63,335 bases of DNA, filler included, from Octopus bimaculoides (GCF_001194135.2; 4 parts of 4 records of this genome joined end to end with filler, not necessarily neighbours in it); one strand, 5' to 3'; positions 38,489-52,508 are shown, counted from the first letter of the whole stretch. The notes: a model not told the origin generated them from the sequence alone. Program-made: numbers and translations.

Positions 38489-39916
38489 GAAATTTATAGA
38501 AAACCAAAAGACGAAGACAGGTGTAGGAACAACCAGCAAGTGTATTAGTTTGAGGCTCGGGAAAATGGAAAACTCTTTTATGTTTCGAACCTAAGCTCTT
38601 CGGCAGAAAAGAATAAGAGGAAATAAAGAGAGAGAGAATGAAAAAAGCGTGTAGAATTCATTGGTTCAATATGGCGATAGTTGAAAAAAAAGGAGTTAAA
38701 CGGAAGGGAGATAACAATAAAGGTTAAATGAAAGGTAGATAATAGTGGTGGTGATATGGTGGTGATCCCAACAAACTAAGTGTGTGTGTGTATGTGAGAA
38801 TGGTGTGTGTGAGTGTGTCTGTGTGAACGGGGAGCGAGTGAATTTGACGCGTGTGTGATGCATGAGATGCAGTAAATAACATTACTAGAAGTGCGGGTAA
38901 AGGAGTCGGTGATGGGTGTCTGTGAGAATGGTGGTGTTGGAGAGGCAGGGGCGGTGCGACAGAGTGGGCGGGAGTAGGGGAAGGAGCTAGGCTGGGATGT
39001 GGGGGTAGGGAAGAAACTGTAGACCAGGAGATCACCTAAGGTATGGGTAAGGAGAGAAGGGGTAGGTTAGGGAAGATGTGCGAAGTGGAGGTGTCGAATT
39101 GGAGTCGCCAGAAGGCTTGGAGAATGCTGCGTTAGAGGAGTAGGAGCAGGGGTGGTAAGGAAGGGGAAATGAGAGGCGGATAAGGGGCGTGTTCGAGGAG
39201 AAAGACCTGAAGCACGGACTGCAGATTGTGTCCGGGCTAGGGCAGTGTGGATAATGGTGAGGGGATGTCCGCGTAGGATGAAGTGGCGAACCATGAGTTG
39301 AAACTGAGTCTGAAATTCATGGTCGTTCGTCATTGCAGAGCTTGCATGGATGGAGGAAATGGGAGTAGGGGTGGAGAGCTTGTTGTGGGCAGGGTGAAAG
39401 GAGGAGAATTTTAGATAATAGTGTAAATCAGTGTGTTTGTAGTGGATGGATGTAGTGAGGACGGAGTGGTGTATACTGACAGAAATGTCGAGAAGTTCGA
39501 CGGAAGAGTTAGAGATAGTGCAGGAGAACTCGAGGCAGGATGGTAGAATTCGACAAAGGAGAGGAAGGAGACCAGCTGTTCGCGGGAGAGTCAGACGAGT
39601 GAATTGTCAGAATATTTGGGCCTCAATATAGCCAACGAACAGTTTCGCATAATTGGGGAGGCCATTCTCGTTTCCATGACCACTCCCGAGACCTGCTGGT
39701 AAAACTTTCCCGCGAATGAGAAGCAGTTGAGGGAGAGAACAAGCTTAACCAGACGAAGCAGTGTGGAGGTGTCAGGTTGAGGGGCAGATCGAAGGTCTAA
39801 GAAGTGTTTAAGCGCAATAAGTCCTTCGTTGTGTGGGATTACCGTATATAAACTTTTGATATCAAGAGTGAATAAAAGTTGAAAGGAGCCAGAAGGGAAG
39901 GAGAAAGAGTTAAACA

Positions 39917-39918
<2 letters not shown>
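38485..39918 (-). mobile_element. 5'-truncated Penelope-like element (RT, GIY-YIG start, 3' terminal repeat) in (TA)n
   Basis: LFTLDIKSLYTVIPHNEGL, LVLSLNCFSF..YQQVSGVVMETRM, TTSIHYKHTD, SFTRTSSNVIYCISC; the YIDD motif appears deleted; (TA)n on both sides. Confidence 0.92.
38572..38611 (-). ncRNA. Degenerate hammerhead motif in the PLE terminal repeat
   Basis: CTTTT-CTGCCGA-A-GAGC-ttag-GTTC-GAAA-CA-TA-AAAG. Confidence 0.55.
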
Positions 39919-39976
<58 letters not shown>

Positions 39977-40741
39977 TAGAATGTTTAATGCGTATATCAA
40001 TTGAAGATCAATTCTAGAGAGAGAGAGAGAGAGAGAGAGAAGATAGGAGAATGGAAACACACGAATGTATAGACCTCTATTTTCATTTGAAAAAATAGTG
40101 GGGCCTAAATGTGGAAATGCGTCGTCGACGGTATCACAGTAACAGCGAAACATGTCCACAGCTTTTCCCAGGAATTTGCTCATTAAATGATTTTGGCCAA
40201 TATTTCATGTTGTTTAATTCTCATCGCATAATTATTTCCAGTAAAATGTTTAGTTCCTCCTGTCAGATTTCTCCGGAGTTTGACTGCTGTCCAACATGGG
40301 GATAGAAACCGTTTAACCTATTCAATATTTCATGTCAGATGAATGGTAAATGCAGCTTTATTATGCGTCCGAACATTTATCAAGCAAAGCATCAGCTGCA
40401 TTTATTGTTCTATCAGGTATATTATCTAAGTGAATTCAAAAACATTGTTCTTTGATTCAAAGTCAGATTTGGTCGAAGCCCTATTATTTAGGTCGTACAA
40501 TCTTATTTGTCTTCAGCCACATTATGCAAAACAGCTTTTAGCTTGAATATGTCAGAGTCTGGCATTTGAAAGCGATATAACTCTTCCAGCGTGTAGAATA
40601 GGCGACTAGGTACTAGTCCACGCAACTCCTTCCCAAATCTTTATAATAGTATCCTGCTTGTTACGACGAGTTCGAGTGTTACGCTTTTAATAATCTTTAA
40701 CTCTGCAATGAAGTCGAAGAACTAATGGAAACCTTTAAACA

Positions 40742-41290
40742 TAACTAGCTGGAGTACCCACCGTTGCTCGGGTATTAAATACTAGTCAATGGTCTTAATA
40801 AGTTCTACCATGTTTTTTGTTGTACATCTCTTTGAATATTTTTTGCGTTAAGTTGCAAACATTGACATTGAGGTAGAAGTTATTTTCCCCATAGACCATC
40901 AATAAAGTAGCAACAACAGGGTGAAAAGCCCTGAAGAAGCGACAAGAACATTTCAGAGGTGCAACAATTGAATGTAAAGTAGCCATGAGAAGGACCGTGT
41001 TATCGTTCTCACAATAGCTCTGAAAAGGATTGTTAACCGTTCACAGGTATAAGCTTCCAGTTGGTGGTGGTGGGGGGCAGTTGAATTTTCAGGCACGTTT
41101 AACGTTTTCTCTACAAACTACAAACAAGCCCCCTCCCTTTATTATTTTCTTTCATTCAAAAACTAATGAAATTTTCGAAATTAGAAAAAGAGACCAGAAA
41201 AATGGGTAATACCGCCAACAAAACGGGTGGGGGAGAAAAGTTGCCAACAGATGGCTACACGAAATTCAACTCTATACTTTAAAGAGTCAT
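40742..41290 (+). mobile_element. Possible non-autonomous Helentron/Helitron-like element
   Basis: Begins TAACTAGCTG..ACCCACCGTTGCTCGGG, resembling Helentron subterminal hairpin ends; internal sequence non-coding. Confidence 0.35.
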
Positions 41291-41336
41291 CTACTATAGC
41301 CTCAAGCCGGTAGACGGAAACTAAAAGAAGTCCGTC

Positions 41337-41383
<47 letters not shown>

Positions 41384-41835
41384 TCCCCCAACCACCATTG
41401 CTTGACAACCGATGTTAGTGAGCTTGCGTCCGCGAACTTAGCTGTTCGGCAGAAGACACTGGCAGAATAAGCACCAGGCTTACAGGGAAGAAGTTCAGGG
41501 GTCGATTTCTTCGACTAATGGGCGGCGTTCCAGCATGGCCACCGTTAAATGACAAACAAGTAAAAGAATAAAAGAGTACCAGAAGAACATTCGGTACCAC
41601 TAAACCAAGAAGGTTCTTTGATTATGTTCGATGTATTTTCAGGCTAAATAGTAATTCTTTTTACGTTTGCGTAACTGAGATAATTTGGTTGTTATCGGTT
41701 TTACACTTCTTTCTATATTCTATAACTGTCACAATACAGAAACATTTCTCATGGCACCAGCACAATTTACAGATGCTTTCATTTTTTATATTTTCCGTGA
41801 ATTTTTCACGGGTCCAGCTAGTTATTTTTATTTTA

Positions 41836-42465
41836 GGAAGCGAGCTGGCAGAATCGTTAGTACGCTGCACGAAATGCTTAGCGGTATTTCGCCCGCAACT
41901 ACGTTCAAAATTCAAACTCCGCTCAGGTCGACTTTTCACCCTTTCGGGATCGATAAATTAAGTACCAGTGAAATACTGGAGTCGATGTAATTGATTTATC
42001 CCCTCCCTCAAAACTGCTGCCCTTGTGGCAAAATTTGAAACCATTATTATTATTATTATTATTATCATTAAGGTAGTGAGCTAGCAGAACCATTAGCATC
42101 CGGCCTTATGTTCTATGTTCAAACGTCACCGAAATCGACTTTGCCTTTCATCTTTCTGGGGTCGATAAATTAAGTATCAGTAAAACACTGGGGTCAATGT
42201 AATCGACTTGTACCCCTCCCCAAAATTCCAGACCTTGCGCCTTTAGTAGAGAGGATTATTATTACTAAGGCGGTAAGGTGGCAGGAACATCAGCACCCTG
42301 GACATTTCTTCCGTCTTAATGTTCTTAGTTCAAATGTCACCGAGTTAGACTTTGCCTTTCATCCTTTCGGGGTCGATAAAATGAAGACCAGCGAAGCGGT
42401 AAGGTCGGTGTAATCAACTAGTCCCCTCCCCAAAATTTCAGGCCTTGTGCCTATAGTAGAAAGGA
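41836..42465 (+). mobile_element. Three head-to-tail OR2-like SINEs
   Basis: Starts near 41836, 42071 and 42268 with ATT-repeat spacers. Confidence 0.85.
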
Positions 42466-43284
42466 TTATGATTATTATTTTTATTATTGATACGATCAAT
42501 GATTGCAAGATTAGACCGCGTGTAAGTAAAATATATTATGGTATTTAAATATCATAATATACAGTTTGAGCTCTCTGCTAGTCGAAAACAAAATGTATAA
42601 ATTAAGTTTTGGATGATGTTAATTCAGGTTTATATTCTCATCCAAAGTAAATATTCATCTATATCCGCTGAAAGTTATTAATCTAAGCCTTGCCTCCTCA
42701 ACGAAGAATGAATCACGATTCGCTTAGCGCACACAATAGCAATTAATCTAAATTAAGTGAAACGAGTTTAGTTTTTTATAATATTTAATACTAGAAGGTA
42801 ACGAATATATCGCAAGTGAGAAGTGTCTACTCATCACGAATATACATATGTTCGTATAAAAATCCAGTAATCTTAAAAATATAAAAAACAATTAGAAAAG
42901 ATATTCATGGAAGAAAATAAATTTTAAAAAACCAAATACGTAAGTGCCATACATACATAAAAAGTAATGCTTTCCATTAACCGATTGTTCAAGCTCGACT
43001 GACTGACAGCAGTAAAACTTAAAATTTTCTTACCTGCAAAGACAAGAAACGGCTTTTTAATTAAATTTTATCTGTGTATATGTGTGTGTGTAATTTCATG
43101 CGCATACACACAAAGATAATTACAGTGATTTTGCAATGCAATTAATTGAAGCTTTATTTCAATAATTTCGCTAGAGTTACTATTACTCATTTGTAAAGTG
43201 CACACGCCAAGCTCAGTATAATATCCTATCTCATTTTAAAACAAAATCTTATGCTCTTGCATGCTTTATAAGAATCAAGTTATC

Positions 43285-43540
43285 GGCTGCAAACCAGGTG
43301 TCACTGACCATAATGTGGAGAGAAAAATCAATAAATACAAGGGCTTTGCCGGCCGCTAACAGTTTGTGCCGGACGCCGTCGAAATGTCAGGTGTTCTATC
43401 GATTTCTTCCGCAAAATAGAGACAACGGCGGCTCGTCGGAGAAATGAGCCCCGCGAGTTGGAATGGCTACTGCAGCGAGTGTCGCTGGCCATTCTCCAGA
43501 GCAACGCCATTAATGTCATTACTGCGGGGAGCGGCTGAGC
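43285..43540 (+). mobile_element. CRE-like non-LTR retrotransposon endonuclease C-terminus
   Basis: ERKINKYKGFAGR*QFVPDAVEMSGV then EPRELEWLLQRVSLAILQSNA, matching the FxPxAVETxG..LxQRxSxAxxRGNA motif. Confidence 0.65.
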
Positions 43541-46500
43541 ACACCATTAGAACCGGGGCATTTGGCCCATCAATCCCATTCCCCTCCATCTTCCGCTGCT
43601 TTACCCCCTGCCAATTTTCTTTTTGTTTTCCATTTCTATTCCTTTCTTATCTATCTGCTTTCCTGTTCCTTTTTTTTTTTAATGTTCTTAAATTAATGGG
43701 ATCAATTTAATATTTGCGGAAATATATTTGCGGTTATTTGGCTACACATCCTGATGGAACAGCCTAATATCTGAAGGTATTCAAAGCGTATAGTTTACGA
43801 GTTTTGCTGCTGACAAGATGCGAACCACTAAACTCTTCTTTGTTTATCTAGTTTACTATCGATTTATTTACTAGTGTTTCGAAAATCAAGCAAGCATGTA
43901 AACTTAATGGTAGCAACTCTGATATAGTAAGACCAAATATTTTAATTAGAATTACATCCACTAAAAGACTAATTCAAGTCAAAGGAAATTACCAATTCTA
44001 GTTAAAAGACAGGAGAAATAATACCAGAAATTGAAATAAATTAATCATGCGCTCGATATTGATTCATGAAACCTATATCTCTAGTCAGTGCAAGGTTTTG
44101 CACTTTAGGTGATACTTCGTTGACGAGGCTTAAGGCAGGAAACATTTCCGGTGTTATCACCGAACTTTGGAAGATCAGACACATTATTCGCTGTATTTCA
44201 TATTTAATTTTAATTAACGTATCGCCTGTTATTCTCTTCAGAATTAGTTATTTGGGTTATTTCAATAATGATAGAAAAGAACACACGGTTTACTACATCG
44301 AGTAGGTTAACGCCCTCTTGCAAATTCAAGACAAAAATAAGAAATCTTCCAAATACTTTTGCACCTGCTGTATCACAGAGTTCATAAAGAGGCTAATCGA
44401 CAGATCGAGGTGAATGATATTTATCAATCAGTTCATGATAGAATAAACGATTTAAAAGATCAAAAAAATGTTCCGGCAACCATCATACATTGAAACAAAC
44501 CTCAGTCGAGAAATGTAGACTCTGGTATTTGTAAACCCCGAGAAAAACTTATGGAGTGTTTGGGGAGGTTTTTCAACGAAGTGTATATCTGCGGCAATGG
44601 GAGGTACAACATCTCAAACCATAGGCTCAATTATCCCGCATCCAACGGTGGCAACACGGCGTACTCGCTCAACAACTGCAGCTAGTTAAACAAAAAGTCG
44701 AGTCGATCACGGTTAGATCGACTCTGGTTGGAGTGCAGCTCATTCGGGGCAGCTTCGGGGGTTAAAAGACAACTAGCGTAATAGTTAGGGAGGTTTCTCT
44801 CCGATTATATGGCAGTAGTGATTGATTCATCCGAATAAGAAAATATACTAAAACAGGTATATATATTTACAAGTGTAGGGTTATTTAATGTATATTGTTT
44901 TAGTTAATACACATTCGCGTGTGGCGAATTCTAACCATTTTGAAGGAGAGACTAATGAAAGCTGTGAATTCCATGTCTTATTCAATGAAGTAAAGGTGCT
45001 ACAGCTGATAATATAAATTGGTTAAATAAAACTGGTTGGCTGAGAGCACACCACCTACAACAAAACTTACCAAGAAAGAGAAAACATGAGATATAAAGGA
45101 AAAGAAGGAAAAGATAGAAATGGACAGAGAAAAAAGAAAAAAAGAACAAAGATAGCAAGAATTTTGAATTGGTATGTCTAATACACATGTCAGAAAACTA
45201 AAAAGAGGACAATAAAAGGTCATGGACTCTAAAGTTACAGAAAACACAGACTGCTTTTAAAGTATTTAAATAATCACAAATATACAAGTGTGTGTGATTG
45301 TCACAAACAGTAGCTCTTCAGATTGAACCTCTCAACGAAAGTGCTAAAAGTGAGATTTAAGTGTAGAGTTAATAAGTACATAATAGTATTGCATGAGCGT
45401 GTTTACGCACACAATTTCATATTTTGTAGGGTCTAGCTGTGTAGAAGAACGGTAGATTGGTAAAATCATTGCCTAACGGAATTTCTTCAAGAGTCGGAAC
45501 ATTTTGCCGGAGGAGGGAAATGAGATACATCGGTTTGACAAAACATGCATGGCTCATACGCACTCTTCTTTTGTTCTGTCTGTTTGTCTCTTTCTTTCTT
45601 TCTCTCACTCTCTCTCTCTCTCTCTCAAAACGGACCTCGTTAAAAGGAATGATGCAAACAAACAAAACAAAAAAAAAAGGGTGTCTAGCTCTACATGTAA
45701 AAATACGTTTAGAAGGAGAGTTTAACCGATAGCTACTAACTCGTATAATACTCCGGTGTTTTATTGTTTATATGAGAGGATATTACGTACGTACAACTAA
45801 CCAGCCGTTTGTCATGACTAAACTATATTTACAAAATCTTTTGAGACGAGTAGTGCTTTAATTTCGAAAGAAAATCACATCGTGTGCCGTAACAAAATTA
45901 CTACACCTAAAGGTTCGGAAAAAGAAATATCAGTATTATCCGAAGACGTTTCGATGAATATTTTTCTACTCTTTTATTTATTTCAGTCACCAGACTGCAG
46001 CCGTGTTTGATTTTTTTAAATAAAGCACATAACTATATTTTAGGATATATAATAAAAGTTAAAATCTTTGAATTTTCCAAATGAGATGAAAAAGCGAAAA
46101 TGATAGGGATTAAAAACGTATGATTGACACATCTTACTTAAAGAGTTTGATGGTCTTCCGGCATCACGCCTGATCGAAATGAGCAGAGTGTCAAGGAAAT
46201 TTAAATTTGAAGGTTTTAGACGAGTCTTCAACCGTAGCCTCCTGATGTATCACAAAGTGAGATCAAACCGAAACGAGGAAGTCGCGGAAAGTAACTTTTT
46301 TAACTTCACCCCCACACAGTTATGCTTGTGCCAACGTTATGCATATAGGCAAGTCTACTCTAGGATGTTGCTTGTATTTGCTTTAACAGCTTTATTATCA
46401 TGTTAGATATGTACTTTATGCATAAGCCTCTTTTTGTAAATGCATTGTAAACACATCTGTCAGCGAGGATACTCATCAATGCTGAAATCAACAACTGTGC

Positions 46501-47452
46501 AAGGCTGACGTACTGTTTACGCACTGAGAAAGAAACTAAGTATATGTGACAAATATTACAACAATTACATGCATTAGAAAAATCCTTTCAAAAAGCTGTT
46601 GGAGACTTAGTTTTTATAATGTAAGAGCAAAAGTTCATGACTTCAGAAGCTTTTTATGCGGTTGGTGTTGTATAACCTAGGTTAGCTCTGATAATATAGA
46701 CAAGCGGCACGTAGTTAGTAGGTCGAACGACTAAGTGTGATCAATAGGTATATCAGGCATCTGATTAACCAAGGACGACATCGCACACTCCGACACAAGG
46801 TAGATTTACAAATAGAGTGCAGTGAGACAATCGGCCCAAGTTGCATTATTTATATTATTCGGTCTGGTTCTGCATGATACAGATCAAGGAGGTATTTACA
46901 ACGAAGGTAATGTCAATGAAACTGAGTGACAGTCGTTGTGGCTTTCACTTTATCTATGGGTATGTGTCCTAGCATAGTACTTGTTAAAATGGCTACTGAT
47001 ATTACTCTGAATCTTGCATATGTGTACGTTTAAGTGAACGTAGGCAGTGTTTCTCATAGAAAGGTTTTTTTTCTTCTTTTTATTGCCGTTGTGTTCTGAT
47101 TCAATGTACATGTTAAACATGTACATTGAATCAGAACAAAACAAATCTATGATTTGGTTCGGCGTCTCTGGAATGTTATGTTATTAGCCGGGAAGTTATT
47201 TTACTTCGTTTTTCAATTTCAGGAAAAGGAGAGAAAAAGTGAACATTATCTTCTTTTAAACCGTCCATCATACCTAAGATAGGGTAATAGTTGATGGAGC
47301 AAAGTTAATAATTTTAATCTTCTGTTTGAACCCACATACTTGTGAATTGGATATGACATTCTAGAATTGTTATACCTGTACTAGTATTGAGAATATTACT
47401 GTAATGAATTAGTGTTCTCGCCAGCAAGAGGTATTATGTCACTTCTATTTAA

Positions 47453-48060
47453 TATTGTGCTGAGTCAAAACTTTTACAATATTTTGCTTTACTCGTCAAG
47501 TTTCACCAAAAACAGTTCAACATTCAAAGTAGAGGTCATTGTGTTGCACTGTCGAATGCTACTTTCTGCTGGTTCTTTGATCCTACACTTATACCAGTTT
47601 TTGCCTTTCGAGGCCAACTCCTTCACTGAAGTTTCCATATCTTCATGGTTGATGAAGCGTCATGAGTGCAGAGAGTGGGTCATAGATCGGAGCAAGTAAT
47701 AATCTGAGGGAGCTAGGGCCGGACTATATGCTGAGTGTGGTAGGTATCAGTTCGATTCCCTCAAATTCCTAGAATTTATTCCGGGTCATTCGAGCAGTAT
47801 GAAGTTTTGCGTCGTCTTACTATAGATGAGCTCGCTTTCAGTTAACTAATGCCGGATATTTTTGTCGCACAATGGAATACACCCATTCTAGTTGTTCACA
47901 GTACAGGTTGGCGTCTATGTTTCCACCGCCCAGAACGAACTCGAAGTGAATTATCCCCACTTAATTCCATCAGACACAAAGGATCACCTTGTGTTAGAAA
48001 CGCCTAAGTTTGGCGTGAGGTCTTGGAATCTAACTCTGGCTTAACCACAGCTTATGCACG
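47453..48060 (-). mobile_element. Mariner transposase 3' remnant with TIR
   Basis: KVILCV*WN*VGIIHFE, LYCEQLE, DDAKLHTARMT, PSDYYLLRSM; TA plus TIR TTGTGCTGAGTCAAAAC at 47453. Confidence 0.85.
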
Positions 48061-48076
48061 TTAAGATAGCGGTAAA

Positions 48077-48355
48077 ATATCTCCCTCGGATTATTACTTG
48101 TCCCGGTCTATGGTTAAGTTGCTGCATTCGCAACGCTTCATCAACCAAGAGGAGGTAGAAGTTTCGTGAAAGAGTTCTTCGCCTCGAAAGACACGGATTG
48201 ATATCAACGTAGGATTAACGAACTGGCAGAAAGGTGACTTCAGACAGGGCAACATGATGGTCTCTACTTTGAATGCTAGACTGATTTTGTTGTAACTTGA
48301 CGAATATAGCAAATAAGTTACCAAAATATTGCAAAAAGTTTGACTCAAGGCAATA
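48077..48355 (+). mobile_element. Second mariner 3' remnant with TIR, opposite orientation
   Basis: SPSDYYLSRSM..KEFFASKDTD*YQRRINELAER..DGLYFE; ends TTTGACTCAAGGCAA plus TA. Confidence 0.85.
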
Positions 48356-51300
48356 TAAAAGCTGAAGTTTAAAGTGAGTAATGATAATGTTTAACAATGG
48401 GTAATGATGTAGATGATGTTGATGTAGATAGTGATGTCTGTAATGATGACAACTCGATAACGATTCTATATTGTTGATTACGGTGGCAGAGACGGCATTA
48501 ATTTAGAGAATGAGTGATGATGTAAATGAAGACGTAGATAAGGAAGAGAACAACAATGACGGTTATCACAGAGAGATTCCGTCACCATGGAGGTGAAATA
48601 TCATTAAGAAAACCAGCAATATCACTTGAGATATTTTCATTCGTTTTCAAAATTAAGATGGATCACATAGAATTATATAATAAAAAATGTCTTAGTAAGC
48701 AGGCTGTGAAGTGGAGAGAAGGCGGAGAATTATAAAATAGAACAGTCACATGCACATAGACATATATATACAAGTACACCTCACTTAATATTTCTATGCT
48801 AAAAAATGATTTTCTTTGAATACTCTCACCATAGTACACCTATCCTACTCAACACTACACTAATATTACTACCTAAACTTTAGGCAAGATCCGTCTACAC
48901 TGGTATGCTTGCGAGTGAGCACACAAACGCGCTCCACTAAACAATACATACTTGAAACATCCGTTCTAGTAAATAAATGTTAATTCATGTGTGAAATTAA
49001 ATGAGGGAAACCTCTCTTGTACTCCCCACATTTCAGCTTTACTCTTAGAGCAACATATTTAATTTTTATTAGTTATTTTGTTTTACTTTACATTGTTTGT
49101 CCATGTATGTATATTTTCTCTATGGTACTACTATTATTAGAACTATTATTTTTGCATTTGAGCGATTTTTCCCCCTCTAATCTATTTCGAAATTTGCTAA
49201 CGCAGAGAAAAAAAAAATTAAACAGACGGTTTTGGTTTCAAATCTAACTTACACTACATATGTTCCTTTTATGTAGGGAAATGGGTAGTGGCATGAAGAA
49301 AGGAAACGGAAGGAATAAAAAAAAGGCGAAAAAAAAGGGGATTAAAAGAAAATAGGAGAATATAAGGAGAAATAAGGACCGTAGCAATTCCAGTCTGATT
49401 AAATATCTTATCAACAGACATGATTTATGTAATTTCCAAACTCGAGTGACAATTCAGAAGTACTTTTTTTTATGTCTTGGATGTAAAAGCTTTGTTTATA
49501 TCCCAGGCAAATTGCATGCATTAAAATGAAAGAAAATATATCTGTTTTCCTTGTCAAAATAAGCAGTCATCTTAAACAAATACTTACATTGTGTAAAAAA
49601 TATCCATTTCGTTGAAACGGAGATTTCACCCCGTCGTTACTCGGGCGCTGAGTTGACAGTGATGTTACAATATTGGTTGAAATATTTTGTAGCATTCGTT
49701 CTAGCTCTCAGACTCTGATTTCAAATTCCCAAGCTAAACTTTGCCTCTTACTCTTTCTGGGGCCAATATACAATGTAGCAGTCTAATTCCTTTAATAAGA
49801 AATCAATTGTTGTATAAGCAATAATAGCATATCTAGTACATTTTCTAACCCGTATTTTTTTTTTTTGTGTGTGTGTTGTTTAGCACGCAGGTCATTGATA
49901 GTCTATTTAGGAGTGAGTCCTCTAATCTGTTCTTTCTTCTTGACGTTTAGCTGCAGATCAAACTTCATCCAGTCGGCCAACGATGGAAAGTTTTCAATTA
50001 CACTGACTACCTTCTTTCTGCAAGATGTATCTTAACGTTTTTTGACGCTAAAGTGTGAAGTGGGGAATTCGGCTGCTTCTTTGAGACCAAGCGATTACTT
50101 AAAAACACGTTCATTGACCCCATGCTTCCTCTAAATCCCGGCGATCACGTCCAAGTTTATCAAACTTTGCTTTCCATTTTTCTGCAGTTCGGAGATTGAT
50201 GAAATCGACCTGACTTTGACTTTCCATAAGAAATCGTCATTAGTTATTATTCACTATTTTGGGTAAAACGTAGCTATGCGTAAACTTGTGTTATATAGAT
50301 ATGTTAAGTGAATGTTCCTCTTATTCTATATCCTATATACCGATATGTTAATATTCCCATCAGAGGCGTGATATAGAATAAAGAGCTTTTCTCAAATATT
50401 ATTACACCAAAATGACACATCAGAAGGGGATTAGAACTCCCTAATCGCAAGTCCTCAGTACAAATCTATACACTCGAAGACGTGGCTTCCGTGTGTGCTT
50501 GAGTGTAGCCACTGGAAAACTAGCTCGACACAGAAGGCCATTGTTGCAAGATTTGGTAGCTAATAATCTATAGATAGACATAAATATTAGATAAAGAATT
50601 TTAGTAATATGGTTAAATAAATTTAACTCAGCTCTGCTACTTGTATATTCTCTATAATATAACTAAGAGAGATAGAGGGAAGTTATGAGAAAATGTGAGG
50701 AGAGAGGCGGAGAGAAAGCAAGAGATCGTGCATACAAGCAAAGAAAATAACACAAATAAAGTATATCTAAGTCGACGAATGGCCTCTGATCTACCGAACT
50801 ATGCAGCACAAAAGAGAGCAAATTATTTTTAAGCAGACAATTCTGTAGACTGGTTTACATGTTTTAACTTTTTTTTTTTCTTAAAATTCTCACTCTCTCA
50901 GAATATTATAGAATAATACATGTCGATTGGTTTCGGTGTATAAAAAGAGTTTCTACATGTTCGTTCGACCTACTGCAAACAGCAGTTAAGACTCATTGAA
51001 ATAACAGACAGTCATCCGAAATAAAAGTAATAATGGAGGATTACTTCCTAAAGTAAAAATACAAGAGTTATTTAGGACCGAAACGTCTTTCATAATAAGT
51101 TTTCGAGCGAACTAGGGTGAACCTCTACTTGATTGATGAATACGTTATAGAAACAAAACGCAAATTTCCTGAAAGTCACACCACAACGTATTNNNNNNNN
51201 NNNNNNNNNNNNNNNNNNNNNNNNNNNNNNNNNNNNTTAATTAATTAANNNNNNNNNNNNNNNNNNNNNNNNNNNNNNNNNNNNNNNNNNNNTATATATA

Positions 51301-51669
51301 TATATATATATATATATATGCATACCTAAATAAATGCGCTCATAAATGTATGCCCAAACACATATGTACGTGTCACAACTTATGTTCTTATGAAATTATG
51401 TATCCATTTAGCTTTAGAACAAATATGGGAATATATTGCACAAGAACTCACGTTTCCTAATTGAATTTGTTCCATATGAACGCCATTAGGGAAAGTTATA
51501 TTTATATGACTAAATGAATCGCTTTCTACCTATAGAAAAGTCAACATTTTGATATTTGTACATCTGAACGAATCTGAATTATTTTAGCTATATAAATATC
51601 TAAAGATTGTTTAGTAATTATAGAAATATTCCGTTTTCTTATACATATACATATATACATTCATACATA

Positions 51670-51715
<46 letters not shown>

Positions 51716-52431
51716 CACACCTTTATATATACTTATAGCTGTCTCTCTTTCCATGTTCATAGTTATCTCTCAGGGTTTATCAGCTATCATCTTTCTAAAG
51801 AATTAAGGAAGAAAGGGCTCCAACATATGTTAGGAATAACCATATCTGCAATCTTCCTTGGAAACTCTATCATTATCGTATAGACTTATCTACATTGAAA
51901 AACAGAACAGATGTTGTTTCTTTAGAGCCAAAAGCAACATCAACTTAAATGGCTAATAATTATGTATGAATCATTAACGGAAACAATTGTGGAATATTGA
52001 CACTTCGTAAGGCGGCTAGCGGGCAGAATCGATAGCACGCCGTGCAAAATGCTTAGCGGTATTTGGTATGTCTTTACGTTCTGAGTTCAAATTCTGCCGA
52101 AGCCAATTGTGTCTGTCATCTTTTTGGGGGTCGATAAAATAACTACCAGTTGAATATTGGGAGTCGAATATTGGGAGTCGATGTAATCACCTGAAGTTGC
52201 TGGCATTGTGCTAAAATTTGAAACCAATATCATTGAATTAGTAGTGTATTAGAAGACTGTGAACAACCGATTGAAATATGCGTGTGTGTATGTGTATGAC
52301 TGTATGTGTTCATATACGTTCGTATCGTATTCATGCATGTATGCGTGTGTGAACACACACATATATGCACCACCTGTCTTCGTCTTTTGTGAATTCCACC
52401 CCTAAATACATATGTATATATATATACCACG

Positions 52432-52508
<77 letters not shown>

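Noticed and set aside
44440-44640. Tc1-like NPxxNLWS motif
   Set aside because: Single short motif; surrounding DDE residues not recoverable.
45940-45960. CATC-GAAA-CG-TC (minus) as a hammerhead
   Set aside because: Only the 3' half is present; upstream is SINE tail.
51955-51995. GAAA-CAATTG-T palindrome as a hammerhead
   Set aside because: Upstream core unrecognisable and position 17 is G; at most a relic.
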